This document shows, piece after piece, positions 9,792-19,962 of a stretch of DNA of 64,000 bases. Position 1 is the first letter of the stretch. The number at the start of each line of letters is the position of its first letter. A program made the position numbers and the translations under genes. This DNA comes from an uncultured Pseudomonadota bacterium (GTDB taxonomy: Bacteria; Pseudomonadota; Gammaproteobacteria; Burkholderiales; JALYOK01). The DNA lies in contig CAVQPB010000021.1 of NCBI GenBank assembly GCA_963714525.1, forward strand, positions 16,149 through 80,148, given 5' to 3'. The notes beneath the pieces are model-generated. The model had not been told where the DNA came from, did not search any database, and was given only the letters and a program-made list of their open reading frames with translations.

Positions 9792-10066
9792 GTCATTGCG
9801 AGGAGCGCTTTTTGCGACGAAGCAATCTCGTTTTTCGCGGCGTTCAAGTACGGGATTGTTTCGTCGCGTTGCTCCTTTCAGTGAACCACAATTTACTTGT
9901 AGGGTGGATCAAGCGAAGCGGATCCACCAGAACAAATATAAGCTTATTTTCCTCTTCCACCGTTTGGTGGATCCATCCCTGCGGGACTTGATCCACCCTA
10001 CAACTTACTCCGGTTCATGGTCCGTGGGCAGTACCGGCAGCGCCGATACAGGCTCCTAGCAATGAC
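9792..10066. repeat. composite cluster of nested REP-like palindromes
   Basis: Outer arms are GTCATTGCGAGGAGC (9792-9806) and GCTCCTAGCAATGAC (10052-10066). An internal hairpin pairs GCGACGAAGCAATC (9814-9827) with GATTGTTTCGTCGC (9854-9867). A further internal element pairs TTGTAGGGTGGATCAAG (9897-9913) with CTTGATCCACCCTACAA (9987-10003). Confidence 0.6.
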
Positions 10067-10092
10067 ATGATTTATCAGTAGTTGGTGTGCTC

Positions 10093-10866
10093 TTAACGCC
10101 CGAGAGAACCGACCGACGCAGTTGTCGCGGGCGCGGCGCGGTTCTGCCGTTCTGGTATTTGCGCTAACCAAACTTCATAAACCCGTTGCGTAATGGCGCG
10201 CATCGCAGCTAATTTAGGCGCGAGTTCAGCGTACATTTGCTCACTGGTCTGAAAGCCGGGGCCGTGTAGATTTTTTAGCATCACGCGATCTTTTTCTGCC
10301 CAAAGACGAATAACTCGCTCGTCCACTTCGATGTGCGGCTGAAAACCGATGTGGGGGCCGAACACGAAGGCTTGATTGGGGCATTTGCTCCCGTGCAACA
10401 CGCGAATCGCGTTTTCCGGAATCGAAAACGATTCGAAGTGCCATTGAAAAGCTGGGAACTCTCTCGTGTCGCCGAACCAGGCGCGCGCCGCCGGGTTATC
10501 TTCAACTTGACAGTCGCCCCAGCCGATTTCCGGTTCGGGGCTTGTGCTAACCGTACCGCCCAGCGCTTTCGACAATAACTGCCCGCCGAGGCAATGGCCG
10601 ATGACGGGGATATCGTTCGCGATGGCCTCGCGCGTTAATGCCAGCACTTGCGGGATCCAAGGCAGATCGTCGTTAACGCTGGGCGAGCCGCCCATGAGAC
10701 ATAGCCCGCTGAAGCGTGCGATGGATGTGGGCACCGCTTCGCCGCGATCGATACGCAAGTGTTCGTAGGGGAATTGCTTATCGCGCAGAAATTCCGCGAA
10801 GTAGGCTGGGCCGTTGTCGAGATCGTACTCGAGGATCGCGATGGGTTTGGTGGGATTAGCTGACAT
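10093..10866 (-). CDS. class-I glutamine amidotransferase-like protein (possible SpuA/PuuD-type gamma-glutamyl hydrolase)
   Basis: 257 aa. Nucleophile elbow IGHCLGGQLL and a C-terminal HIGFQPHIE pattern indicate the GATase1 fold. It is the last gene of the polyamine cluster. Confidence 0.75.
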   Translation of the reverse strand: MSANPTKPIAILEYDLDNGPAYFAEFLRDKQFPYEHLRIDRGEAVPTSIARFSGLCLMGGSPSVNDDLPWIPQVLALTREAIANDIPVIGHCLGGQLLSKALGGTVSTSPEPEIGWGDCQVEDNPAARAWFGDTREFPAFQWHFESFSIPENAIRVLHGSKCPNQAFVFGPHIGFQPHIEVDERVIRLWAEKDRVMLKNLHGPGFQTSEQMYAELAPKLAAMRAITQRVYEVWLAQIPERQNRAAPATTASVGSLGR

Positions 10867-10920
10867 ACAAGCGTGACTTCAGAAACGTAAATTCGTAACC
10901 AAAAAATTTAGATCAACACC

Positions 10921-11072
10921 GTCATTCCCGCGCAGGCGGGAATCCAGGGTCTTCAAACAAACGTCACTGGGTCCCCGCTTGCAGCGCGCGTTCGGACTTG
11001 CAAGTCCGAACCGTTCCGCAGGCGGCTTGTGTCCAAGCCGAATTCCCTGCTACACCCTTCGCGGGAATGACG
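10921..11072. repeat. Repeat family B copy 1 (GTCATTCCCGCG...CGCGGGAATGAC type REP/MITE-like element)
   Basis: Terminal inverted arms are CGTCATTCCCGCGCAGG and CCTTCGCGGGAATGACG. The left end contains ATTCCC-N8-GGGAAT. An internal hairpin reads GTTCGGACTTGCAAGTCCGAAC. The element abuts the porin stop codon. Confidence 0.7.
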
Positions 11073-11073
11073 A

Positions 11074-12513
11074 TCAAAAGAAATAAATTAACTGCAAGCC
11101 TAGCAGATTGTTGGTCTTGGAATAACTGCCGTCTTTTGTGTTCAAGAATGTCCGCAAGCTCGAGCCGTCGAGGCGATACTCGGCGCGCACGGTGACGTTC
11201 TTGTCGAGCAAATAATTAAACGTGGCCGTGAGCGCGTAACGGTTCGCGCCTTTGTTTTCGTCGGTCAGCAATCCCGTGAACGTATCGACTTCGGGGCCAA
11301 AACCGCTGAAGGGATCGTTCAGTACCGTAACCGCTCCGGCCGGATCGTCGAATTCATCGACGATTCCGTCACCATTCGTGTCGACCTGAACGAACGTTTC
11401 GCGGAACACATTACCCGGCATGCCGCCGCCGTTCTTGCTGTTTTTGATGTAATCGGCGCGCAGCACGCCTTCGGTGCGCGGCGAGAACTTGTAGGCCGCC
11501 AACCCTGACACGCCTATCCATTCGGCGTTCTGGCCGTTGGTCGCTGACTTATCCCACTTACCGTAGTCGATCTGGCCGGCGAAACTCCAATCGCCTTTGT
11601 TGTGATAAAAATCCGCTTGCACATTGCTTAGGTTATTGCCGAACAACTTGCCGCGATAGAACGTTCCGCCCACGCCCGCGTAATCGTTCAACGCGTAGTC
11701 CAAGCGGCCGTGCGCGGCGGTCGAGCGGTCGGAATAATTGCGCGCCAAGACGGCCGGATTGCCGATCATGATCTTGCCGCTGAGATTCCCGTCGGGCGTG
11801 AACTCCAAGCCTGCCCCGGTCATGTAGGTGAACTCGGCATAGTCGTAGAGCAAGTTATAGGTGATGTTCTTGCGCAACGTTGCCGCCTGGTATTCGTAGC
11901 CCTGCCAAGAGCCGACCTGCCCGGCGAAGAGCTTGATGCTTGGCTTGATCGGATAAGAGAAAATCGCTTGGTTGATGATGTTATTGTTGGCGTCGTCGTA
12001 GCCCTTTTTCGGCATGATTTCGATAATGCCTTTGGCGCCGCTCTCGAATTCCTTTTCGAAGCGCAAAAAGATGGAACCGAAAAACGAATTATCGTAACCA
12101 TAAACGTTGTCGCCGTTTTCGTCCGACGAGCCGCCGAGATTATTTAGAAACACGAAACTATTGGTGCGCCGGCGCTGGTTATAAATGTATGTCGGGTCTG
12201 CATAACCGGAAATCTTAATGCCGAGGAAACCGCTTTCTTCTTCTGTAGTTTCCATCTGGTCGATTTTAAGCTTGACCTTATTCACCTCGGTGACGGTTTC
12301 GTCCAAGCGTTCGTTGGCAGCCGGCGCCGCAGCCGCATCGGCGGGTTGCGCCGCGACGGGCGCCGCGTTGATTTTGTCTTCCAACGCTTTGACCTTGGCT
12401 TTCAGCTCCTGCAATTCCTTCAGCAGCTCGGCGTTATCGACTTGAGCGAACGTCGCGCAAGGCAAAGCCAGCGCCATCGCAGCGACTAATGTTTTGATTT
12501 TCCATTTCTTCAT
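11074..12513 (-). CDS. outer-membrane beta-barrel porin (DUF3138-like) with N-terminal coiled coil
   Basis: Signal peptide MKKWKIKTLVAAMALALPCATFA, coiled coil ELLKELQELKAKVKALEDKI, alternating beta-strand pattern and C-terminal LIYFF. The maximal ORF extends to 12567. Confidence 0.65.
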   Translation of the reverse strand: MKKWKIKTLVAAMALALPCATFAQVDNAELLKELQELKAKVKALEDKINAAPVAAQPADAAAAPAANERLDETVTEVNKVKLKIDQMETTEEESGFLGIKISGYADPTYIYNQRRRTNSFVFLNNLGGSSDENGDNVYGYDNSFFGSIFLRFEKEFESGAKGIIEIMPKKGYDDANNNIINQAIFSYPIKPSIKLFAGQVGSWQGYEYQAATLRKNITYNLLYDYAEFTYMTGAGLEFTPDGNLSGKIMIGNPAVLARNYSDRSTAAHGRLDYALNDYAGVGGTFYRGKLFGNNLSNVQADFYHNKGDWSFAGQIDYGKWDKSATNGQNAEWIGVSGLAAYKFSPRTEGVLRADYIKNSKNGGGMPGNVFRETFVQVDTNGDGIVDEFDDPAGAVTVLNDPFSGFGPEVDTFTGLLTDENKGANRYALTATFNYLLDKNVTVRAEYRLDGSSLRTFLNTKDGSYSKTNNLLGLQLIYFF

Positions 12514-12638
12514 GATGCCTCTTCCTCTGGTAGATAAATATTCTGCTGCGATTCTTATTCCTAGCAAGCTTCGCCAGCGACCGCGCCCATCTTGCCTGCT
12601 GGCAATGCCATGCCTGACAGTCGCTCTGGTATTGCCTC

Positions 12639-14393
12639 TCAGGCCATCGCTTTGCTCTCGCGATAGGCCTCGGCGATCTCCTTATCCAATTTCCGCTGGC
12701 TGCGAGTCATATAAATACTCGCGGCGACTACGCCTATGCTCACCAAGACGATGATCACCGTCGCGATTGCATTCACTTCCGGATTGAGTCCCAGCCGCGC
12801 GCGGGAGAACACCACCAGCGGCAAGGTGGTCGAGCCGGGGCCCGACAGGAACGCGGAGAGAATCACGTCGTCAAGCGATACGGTAAACGTCAGCAACCAA
12901 GCGGAGACGATGGCTTGGCCGATGAGCGGCAAGGTGATGAGAAAAAATACTTGGCCGGGCCGGCAGCCGAGATTCATCGCCGCTTCTTCCAGGGAACGAT
13001 TGAGTTCCTGCAGCCGCGCGCGGATCGATACGGTGGCGTAGGCCATGCCGACCAGCGTGTGGCCGATCCAAATGGTCATGGCGCCGCGCTCGGGCCAGCC
13101 GATGGCTTTTTGAATCGACACCATGAACAACAATAACGATAAGCCGATGACGATCTCGGGCATGACCAGGGGCGCGGTGATCATGCCGTTAAACAGCGGC
13201 CGCGCAAAAAATTTCTTGTAGCGCACCAACACGAAGGCGGCGAACGTGCCGAGTATCGCCGACGCGGTGGCGGTAAAGAACGCGATCTTCAGCGACAGCC
13301 AAGTCGCGCGCAGAATCTCTTCGTCCTTCAGCAACTCGCCATACCACTTAAAGGAAAAACCGCCCCAAATCGTCACCATCTGCGAGGCGTTGAAGGAAAA
13401 AATCACCAACGTCACGATCGGCAGATAGAGGAACAGATAACCTAATCCCAGGACGCCGCCGGAGAACCAGTTATTGGTCTTCATGCCAACCCGCTCGCGA
13501 CTGCGTTTTTCTTGATAATGATTCAGGATCACGAACGGGACGATCACAATCATAATCAACACCACGGCTACAGACGCCGCCATAGGCCAATCGTTATTGC
13601 TGAACATTTCGTCCCACAGCACGCGGCCGATCATCAGCGAATCGGGACCGCCGAGCAATTCCGGAATGACGAATTCGCCGACCGCCGGAATGAACACCAG
13701 CAACGATCCGGCGAGGGCGCCGCCCAAAGAAAGCGGAAATGTCACCTTCCAAAACGCCGTCCACGGCGTTGCGCCCAGATCCATGGCCGCTTCGATCAAA
13801 CGATGATCCTGCTTCACCAAGTTGTTGTAGAGCGGAAAAATCATGAACGGCAGGTAGGCGTAGACCATGCCCAAGGTCAGCGAGAACGGCGTGTTGATGA
13901 GCGCCAGCGGCTCGCTGATCACACCCATGGACATCAGCGCATTGTTCAGAATGCCGTTGGAAGTAAGAATGCCTTTCCAGGCGTAGATGCGCAGCAGGAA
14001 CGAGGTCCAGAACGGCAGGATCACCAGCATCATCAAGGTCGCGCGATGTTCCGGCTTGGCGCGCGCCATGCTCAGCGCGAAGGGATAGCCGATTAACAAG
14101 CAAAAAAACGTCGTTAGAAATGCGAATTTCAGCGAGCTGATGAAAGTCAGAACATAGAGCGGGTCTTGAGCGAGGAATACGTAGTTGCCCAGTTTTAAGC
14201 TGAGATTCAGCGCGCCGTCGGTGTAGGTAACGATGTCTTTAAATGGAATGCGGCTGATCTGCATTTCCGACATGCTGATCTTGAAAATGATCAGAAACGG
14301 AATCAGCAAAAATAAAATGAGCCAGAGATACGGCACGCCGAGCACCGTGGTGCGGCCCCAGTTGATGTCCCTTATGCGAGCGAGGAAGCGCAT
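12639..14393 (-). CDS. polyamine ABC transporter permease, fused PotH/PotB-like + PotI/PotC-like halves
   Basis: 584 aa with two tandem permease modules (N-half YLWLILFLLIPFLIIFKISM..., C-half LGLGYLFLYLPIVTLVIFSFN...). Its start codon directly abuts the ATPase stop. Confidence 0.85.
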   Translation of the reverse strand: MRFLARIRDINWGRTTVLGVPYLWLILFLLIPFLIIFKISMSEMQISRIPFKDIVTYTDGALNLSLKLGNYVFLAQDPLYVLTFISSLKFAFLTTFFCLLIGYPFALSMARAKPEHRATLMMLVILPFWTSFLLRIYAWKGILTSNGILNNALMSMGVISEPLALINTPFSLTLGMVYAYLPFMIFPLYNNLVKQDHRLIEAAMDLGATPWTAFWKVTFPLSLGGALAGSLLVFIPAVGEFVIPELLGGPDSLMIGRVLWDEMFSNNDWPMAASVAVVLIMIVIVPFVILNHYQEKRSRERVGMKTNNWFSGGVLGLGYLFLYLPIVTLVIFSFNASQMVTIWGGFSFKWYGELLKDEEILRATWLSLKIAFFTATASAILGTFAAFVLVRYKKFFARPLFNGMITAPLVMPEIVIGLSLLLFMVSIQKAIGWPERGAMTIWIGHTLVGMAYATVSIRARLQELNRSLEEAAMNLGCRPGQVFFLITLPLIGQAIVSAWLLTFTVSLDDVILSAFLSGPGSTTLPLVVFSRARLGLNPEVNAIATVIIVLVSIGVVAASIYMTRSQRKLDKEIAEAYRESKAMA

Positions 14394-15512
14394 TTAATTA
14401 ATCAGCACGACCATGGCGGATTCGGCCCAGTGGGCGTACACCTTGTCGCCCCAAGTAGGCGCGCCCTCGTGGTGGCGCTCGACATTCGGCGCGCTCGCCT
14501 TTAGCTTCATGCCGGAATCGAGCTTAAGGTGATAAGTCGTGTAACTGCCGAGGTAGGCAAGATCGACCACTTCCGCGGCGCAAAAATTGAACTCACCCTC
14601 GGGGCGGGTGCGCGACACGGCGATCTTTTCCGGCCGCACCGCGACGCTGACATCCATGCCCAAGGTGCCGGTGATGCCGTGGCCGACGTAGTGTTTACAT
14701 TCGGGCGTTTCCACCACCACGTGATCGGGCTCGTCGATGATGAGCTTGCCGTTGAACATGTTGCAATCGCCGATGAAATCCGCCACGAAGCGGCAGTTGG
14801 GCGTTTCGTAAATGTCCGAAGGCGAGCCGATTTGCAAAAACTTGCCTTCGGACATGACTGCGATGCGGCTGGACATGGTCATGGCTTCTTGCTGATCGTG
14901 GGTGACCATGACGCAGGTCAAACCGACTTGCTCCAAAATGTTGACCACTTCCAACTGAGTTTGCTCGCGCAGTTTTTTGTCCAGCGCGCCGAGGGGCTCG
15001 TCGAGCAACACCAGTTGCGGCCGTTTCGCCATGCAGCGGGCGAGCGCAACGCGCTGCTGCTGGCCGCCTGAGAGCTGGTGCGGCTTGCGTTTAGCGTAAG
15101 GTTTAAGCTGCACCAACTGCAGCATGTTTTCCACCCGACTCTCGATTTGATCCTTGGGCATGCCGTCGCGCCGCAAACCGAAGGCGATGTTCTCCCACAC
15201 GCTCATGTGCGGGAACAGCGCGTAGGATTGGAACATCATGTTGATCGGCCGCTCGTAGGGCGGCACATCGGTGATGTCTTTACCGTCGAGAAAGATCTTG
15301 CCGGATGTCGGCGCTTCGAAGCCGGCGAGCATGCGCAGCAATGTGGATTTACCGCAACCGGAACTGCCGAGTAAAGCGAACAACTCGCCTTTGGCGATAC
15401 TGAGTGAGACGCGATCGACGGCCGTGACCGCGCCGTATTCTTTCACCAAGTTCTCGATGCGCAGAAAAGACGCGTCTGTCTTCGACGATTTTTCGGGCGG
15501 CGTGTTATTCAT
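14394..15512 (-). CDS. polyamine ABC transporter ATP-binding protein (PotA/PotG-like)
   Basis: Walker [10 protein letters not shown], signature [13 protein letters not shown] and Walker B LVLLDEP, plus a C-terminal TOBE-like domain. Confidence 0.9.
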   Translation of the reverse strand: MNNTPPEKSSKTDASFLRIENLVKEYGAVTAVDRVSLSIAKGELFALLGSSGCGKSTLLRMLAGFEAPTSGKIFLDGKDITDVPPYERPINMMFQSYALFPHMSVWENIAFGLRRDGMPKDQIESRVENMLQLVQLKPYAKRKPHQLSGGQQQRVALARCMAKRPQLVLLDEPLGALDKKLREQTQLEVVNILEQVGLTCVMVTHDQQEAMTMSSRIAVMSEGKFLQIGSPSDIYETPNCRFVADFIGDCNMFNGKLIIDEPDHVVVETPECKHYVGHGITGTLGMDVSVAVRPEKIAVSRTRPEGEFNFCAAEVVDLAYLGSYTTYHLKLDSGMKLKASAPNVERHHEGAPTWGDKVYAHWAESAMVVLIN

Positions 15513-15575
15513 CGATCTGCCCCTGGGTTGATCGAGCCTCGGCGCGGATTGGCGCCGAGGTTACTGCAATGCTTG

Positions 15576-16688
15576 TTACAAGCCGGTCTTAAACTGCGTA
15601 AACCCGCGCGTCATGATGCGGCGCATGTCGTTGGTCGTGACGCCCGAAGGCACCATTCGCTTTTTCGCTTCGTCGGTCAAGAAAATCGATTTGTTACCCA
15701 ATATTTCTTTGTTCACGAATTTGACCGATTCCGCATTCATGGTCGCGTAGTTCATCTTGTTGGAGATGCTGGCGGCGACGTCGGGACGCAGAATGTAGTT
15801 GATGAAAATATGGGCATTGTTCGGATGCTCGGCATCGGCGGGGATCGCCATGTTGTCGTAGAACAGCAAGCCGCCGGTGGACGGAACCAAAGTTTCGATC
15901 TTTTGCCCGGTTTTATTTTCTGCGGCACGTTTCGCGGCGATGTTCATGTCGCCGGAATAACCCAGCGCCATGCACAATCCGCCGCTGGCCAAATCGTTGA
16001 TGCCGGAACTGAATATCTTGACGTTCGGGCGAATTGCCTTCATCAGCTTTGCGGCTTCGGCGTAGTCCGCCGGGTTGGTGCTGAACGCGGGCTTGCCTAA
16101 ATAATGCAGCGCGGCGGGGATTACGTCGGTGGCGGAATCCAGCATGCTGATGCCGCAGGACTTAAGCTTGCTGGCGTATTTGGGATCGAATATCAGCGCC
16201 CAAGCGTTGTCGGGCATCGGTGTTGAACCCAGCGCCGCCTTCACTTTGTCGGTGTTAATCCCCAAGGTAACAAAGCCCCACGCCCAGTTGACCAAATACT
16301 GATTGCCGGGATCCACTTGGGCGAGCAGCTTATACATAATGGGATCGCCATTTTTTAAGTTCGGCAACTTCGACTTATCCAGTTTGCGCAACAAACCCGC
16401 TTGAATGTGCAACGCCCCCCAGTTCGCCGATGGTACGACGATGTCGTAGCCCGTGCGCCCGGCGATCAGCTTGGCGTGCACCACTTCGTTGGTGTCGAAG
16501 GTATCGTAGCGAACCTTGATGCCGGTTTCTTTAGTGAAATTTTCCAGCAAACCGTCGGGCAGATAATCCGCCCAGTTATAAACGTTGAGGACCTTGGGTT
16601 CCTCCTGCGCCAGGGCTTGCTGACCCAGACCCAGGCCCGCGAGAGCCGCGAACGCAATGCCGATTGTTTTGATTAAACGACTTTTCAT
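15576..16688 (-). CDS. periplasmic polyamine-binding protein (PotF/SpuD-like)
   Basis: ATG at 16688 is preceded by GGAGG. The signal peptide is MKSRLIKTIGIAFAALAGLGLGQQALA, and LNVYNWADYLP is typical of the PotD/F family. The maximal ORF to 16865 is judged an artefact. Confidence 0.85.
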   Translation of the reverse strand: MKSRLIKTIGIAFAALAGLGLGQQALAQEEPKVLNVYNWADYLPDGLLENFTKETGIKVRYDTFDTNEVVHAKLIAGRTGYDIVVPSANWGALHIQAGLLRKLDKSKLPNLKNGDPIMYKLLAQVDPGNQYLVNWAWGFVTLGINTDKVKAALGSTPMPDNAWALIFDPKYASKLKSCGISMLDSATDVIPAALHYLGKPAFSTNPADYAEAAKLMKAIRPNVKIFSSGINDLASGGLCMALGYSGDMNIAAKRAAENKTGQKIETLVPSTGGLLFYDNMAIPADAEHPNNAHIFINYILRPDVAASISNKMNYATMNAESVKFVNKEILGNKSIFLTDEAKKRMVPSGVTTNDMRRIMTRGFTQFKTGL

Positions 16689-16946
16689 CTTGCATCCTCC
16701 AAACGGATAAAAATAAACGTAACGCGCGGTAAACGCTTTCAGGCTACTTGAAGTTGTTGTAAAGCGCAAAATATACCTGCCTCGGAAGGCAATACTGGTG
16801 CGCATCTCCGGGCAGGCATCGCTGTGAAGCAATATCCATGTGGCTCTTGGCGATGCACCCCACACATTATTCGATAGTAAAAATTACTAAGCTTAGTCGC
16901 GACGCGGTTGATCTATGTTTACGAAAGCTTACCTGACAGTTTATTT

Positions 16947-18365
16947 TCACGCCAGCAGATCGAGTCGTTTCACTTCGTCCCAAGTAAGATCCAGACAGCG
17001 GCGTATCAGAGCGATCATGGTATCGATCTCGGCTTTGCTGATGATGAGCGGCGGCGCGATAATCATGCGGTCGCCGACGGCGCGCATGATCACGCCTTCC
17101 TTGAAACAGTAGCCGCGGCATATCATGCCGACTTCCGCTGCCGGATCGAAACCGATTTTCTTCGCTTTATCCTTCGCCAGCACCAGCCCCGCCATCATGC
17201 CGCAAGTCTCGGTCACGCCGACGATGGGGTGGTCCGCCAAGCTGTGGAATTTCTTTGCTAAGTAAGGCGCCGTTTCTTTGGCGACTTTGTCGATGATCTT
17301 TTCAGCTTTGAACACGCGGATATTCTCAAGCGCGACGGCGCAGGCCACCGGATGACCCGAATAGGTATAGCCGTGATTAAACTCGCCGCCTTTTTCGATC
17401 AACACATCGGCCACTCGGTCGCTGATGATGGCGCCGCCCAGGGGAATATAGCCAGAGGTAACGGCTTTGGCGAAGGTAATGAAGTCCGGTTTAGTGCCGA
17501 AATACTCACAGCCAAACCAGCGGCCCAGGCGGCCGAAGCCGCAGATCACTTCATCGGAAATCAGCAGCAAACCATACTTATCGCAGATGCGTTGAATCTC
17601 CGGCCAGTAAGTCTTAGGCGGAATGATGACGCCGCCGGCGCCCTGTACCGGTTCGCCGATGAAGGCGGCGGCCTTGTCTGCGCCGACCTCGAGGATTTTT
17701 TCTTCCAGCCAGCCGGCGGCCTTAATGCCGAATTCTTCCGCCGATAGATCGCCGCCTAGCCCATAGTAATAAGGTTGCTCGATGTGAACGATGCCGGGAA
17801 TCGGCAACCCGCCCTGGGCGTGCATGCCGGACATGCCGCCGAGCGATGCGCCCGCCATGGTGCTGCCATGGTAGCCGTTGTTACGGCCGATAATCACACT
17901 GCGCTGCGGTTGACCTTGTAGTTCCCAGTAACGCCGCACCATGCGGACGATGGTATCGTTTGCTTCCGAACCCGAATTGGCGAACGACACATGCTTCATG
18001 TGGCGCGGCGCGATGTCGGCCAGGGCCGTAGCCAACTCCGTGGCCGGAATATTGGTCGTCTGAAAAAAGCTGTTGTAGAACGGCAAGGTAGTGAGTTGCT
18101 GGTAGGCGGCGTCGGCCAATTCCTGGCGGCCATAGCCGAGATTCACATTCCACAGCCCCGACATGCCGTCGATGATCTTGTTGCCTTCGGAATCCCAAAC
18201 ATAGATGCCTTCACCCCGCACCATGACGCGCGAGCCCTTCGCCGCCAGGGTTTTGAAATCGGTGAAGGGATGCAGGTAATGGGCGGCGTCCTGCGCCTGT
18301 ATCGCCTTGGTGTCGTAACGTTGCGCGCGCTCCGACGCGCGTCTCATTTCAAATATTGCACTCAT
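16947..18365 (-). CDS. class-III aminotransferase, putrescine--pyruvate (SpuC-like)
   Basis: 472 aa. HYLHPFTDFKTLAAKGSRVMVRGEGIYVWDSEGNKIIDGMSGLWNVNLGYGR closely resembles the SpuC/omega-transaminase N-terminus. Confidence 0.85.
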   Translation of the reverse strand: MSAIFEMRRASERAQRYDTKAIQAQDAAHYLHPFTDFKTLAAKGSRVMVRGEGIYVWDSEGNKIIDGMSGLWNVNLGYGRQELADAAYQQLTTLPFYNSFFQTTNIPATELATALADIAPRHMKHVSFANSGSEANDTIVRMVRRYWELQGQPQRSVIIGRNNGYHGSTMAGASLGGMSGMHAQGGLPIPGIVHIEQPYYYGLGGDLSAEEFGIKAAGWLEEKILEVGADKAAAFIGEPVQGAGGVIIPPKTYWPEIQRICDKYGLLLISDEVICGFGRLGRWFGCEYFGTKPDFITFAKAVTSGYIPLGGAIISDRVADVLIEKGGEFNHGYTYSGHPVACAVALENIRVFKAEKIIDKVAKETAPYLAKKFHSLADHPIVGVTETCGMMAGLVLAKDKAKKIGFDPAAEVGMICRGYCFKEGVIMRAVGDRMIIAPPLIISKAEIDTMIALIRRCLDLTWDEVKRLDLLA

Positions 18366-18379
18366 GATTCCAAATCCTT

Positions 18380-18481
18380 ATTCCGTCTCCAAATCAAAAA
18401 GGACGCGAAGGCGAGCCGCAGACAGTGCTGTAACACGGCAAGGCGAAGCCGACAAAGTAATTTTTGATTTGGAAACGGAAT
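18380..18481. repeat. Repeat family A copy 2
   Basis: Arms are ATTCCGTCTCCAAATCAAAAA and TTTTTGATTTGGAAACGGAAT. The core matches 1543-1644. The element fills the gap between the GS-like gene stop (18481-18483) and the SD (TCCTT, 18375-18379) of the aminotransferase gene. Confidence 0.8.
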
Positions 18482-19848
18482 TAAACATGCAGCAGCAGAT
18501 GTTCCCGCTCCCACGGGGAAATGACTTTCATAAACTCGGCGTATTCCTCTTCCTTCACGGCGGCGTAGAGCGTGACGAAGCGCTTGCCCATTATGTCGTG
18601 CAACGCCGTGGCGTCACGCATTTCCGTCAGCGCTTCATGCAGCCCGCGCGGAAGCTGGAAGTCGGACTCATAGGCGCTGCCTTTATATTCCGGCAGCGGC
18701 TCGATCTTATTGGTCAGGCCTAAATAACCGCAGGCCAAGGTCGCCGCGATCGCGACGTACGGATTGGCGTCGACGCCGACCACGCGGTTTTCCACCCGCC
18801 GCGCTTCCGGTTCGGAATCCGGTACACGGATGCCGACGGTGCGGTTGTCGCGGCCCCACTGGATATTGATTGGCGCCGCGCCGTATTTGACGATGCGCCG
18901 ATAGGAATTGACGTAGGGCGCGAAGAAAATAGTCGCCGCCGGCAGATATTTTTGCAGCCCGCCGATGAAATAGTGAAAACTTTGCGACGGGGTGCCGTCT
19001 TCATTGCTGAATAGATTGCGTTTGGTTTTCGGATCGATAATGCTTTGATGAATGTGCATGGCCGAGCCCGGCTCATCCGCCATGGGCTTGGCCATGAAGG
19101 TTGCGTACATGTCGTGGCGCATCGCTGCCTCGCGCACCGTGCGCTTGAAATAAAACACGCGGTCGGCGAGCTTCAGCGGATCGCCGTGCAAGAAATTGAT
19201 TTCCATCTGACCCGCGCCGACTTCGTGGATCAGCGTATCGACGTCGAGTCCTTGTGCCTCGCAATAATCGTACACGTCTTCGAATAGCGGATCGAATTCG
19301 TTCACCGCGTCGATGCTGTAAGCCTGACGGCTGGTTTCCGCGCGGCCGCTACGGCCAATCGGCGGCTTCAGCGGTATGTCGGGATCGGTATTGCGCGCCG
19401 TCAAATAAAACTCCAGTTCCGGCGCGATGATGGGCGACCAGCCTTTTGCGTGGTACATACCCAGCACGCGGCGCAATACGGAACGCGGTGCGAAATCCAC
19501 CATCTCGCCGTCGAAAAAGAAACAATCGTGTATCACCTGTGCCGTTGGATCCACCGCCCAAGGGACGATGCAAACGGTTTCCGGATCCGGCTTCAGTATC
19601 ATATCGGGATCGTAATCGGTCATGATCGCGTCGACTTCATCCGAATTGGGATAGTTTCCCGTCACGGTCTGCATCATCACCGCCTGCGGCAGACGCAGGC
19701 CCTTATCCTGGCCGAATTTCGCGCGCGGCAGAATCTTGCCGCGGGACACGCCGGTCAAATCCGAGACGAGACATTCGACTTCCGTGACCCTGCGTTCATC
19801 GAGCCAGCGTTCCATGTCGCCGGGAGAAAAATTTTCGCGTTGAATCAT
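18481..19848 (-). CDS. glutamine synthetase family protein (gamma-glutamylpolyamine synthetase, PuuA/SpuB-like)
   Basis: ATG at 19848 with AGGAAG upstream. The GS catalytic-domain pattern is present (FHGDPLKLADR..., MHIHQSI, NRTVGIRVP). The maximal ORF extends to 19881. Confidence 0.85.
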   Translation of the reverse strand: MIQRENFSPGDMERWLDERRVTEVECLVSDLTGVSRGKILPRAKFGQDKGLRLPQAVMMQTVTGNYPNSDEVDAIMTDYDPDMILKPDPETVCIVPWAVDPTAQVIHDCFFFDGEMVDFAPRSVLRRVLGMYHAKGWSPIIAPELEFYLTARNTDPDIPLKPPIGRSGRAETSRQAYSIDAVNEFDPLFEDVYDYCEAQGLDVDTLIHEVGAGQMEINFLHGDPLKLADRVFYFKRTVREAAMRHDMYATFMAKPMADEPGSAMHIHQSIIDPKTKRNLFSNEDGTPSQSFHYFIGGLQKYLPAATIFFAPYVNSYRRIVKYGAAPINIQWGRDNRTVGIRVPDSEPEARRVENRVVGVDANPYVAIAATLACGYLGLTNKIEPLPEYKGSAYESDFQLPRGLHEALTEMRDATALHDIMGKRFVTLYAAVKEEEYAEFMKVISPWEREHLLLHV

Positions 19849-19898
19849 ATTGCTTCCTTTGTTCTGTGCGCTCCCATACATACTAACTTATCTGGATT

Positions 19899-19956
19899 AT
19901 GTAGCCCGGAAGGAGCGCAGCGGATTCCGGGATCCCGGATTTCATCCGGGCTACAT
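19899..19956. repeat. REP-like palindrome (TGTAGCCCGG...CCGGGCTACA type)
   Basis: ATGTAGCCCGG (19899-19909) pairs with CCGGGCTACAT (19946-19956). It lies in the gap between the ald stop and the GS-like gene start. Confidence 0.6.
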
Positions 19957-19962
19957 TATTTT

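Noticed and set aside
10921-10948. ATTCCC-N8-GGGAAT core as a Neisseria dRS3 repeat or phage integration site
   Set aside because: Only the short core motif matches. The surrounding element is the widespread GTCATTCCCGCG…GGGAATCC type of REP seen in many proteobacteria, and no phage or integrase genes are adjacent.
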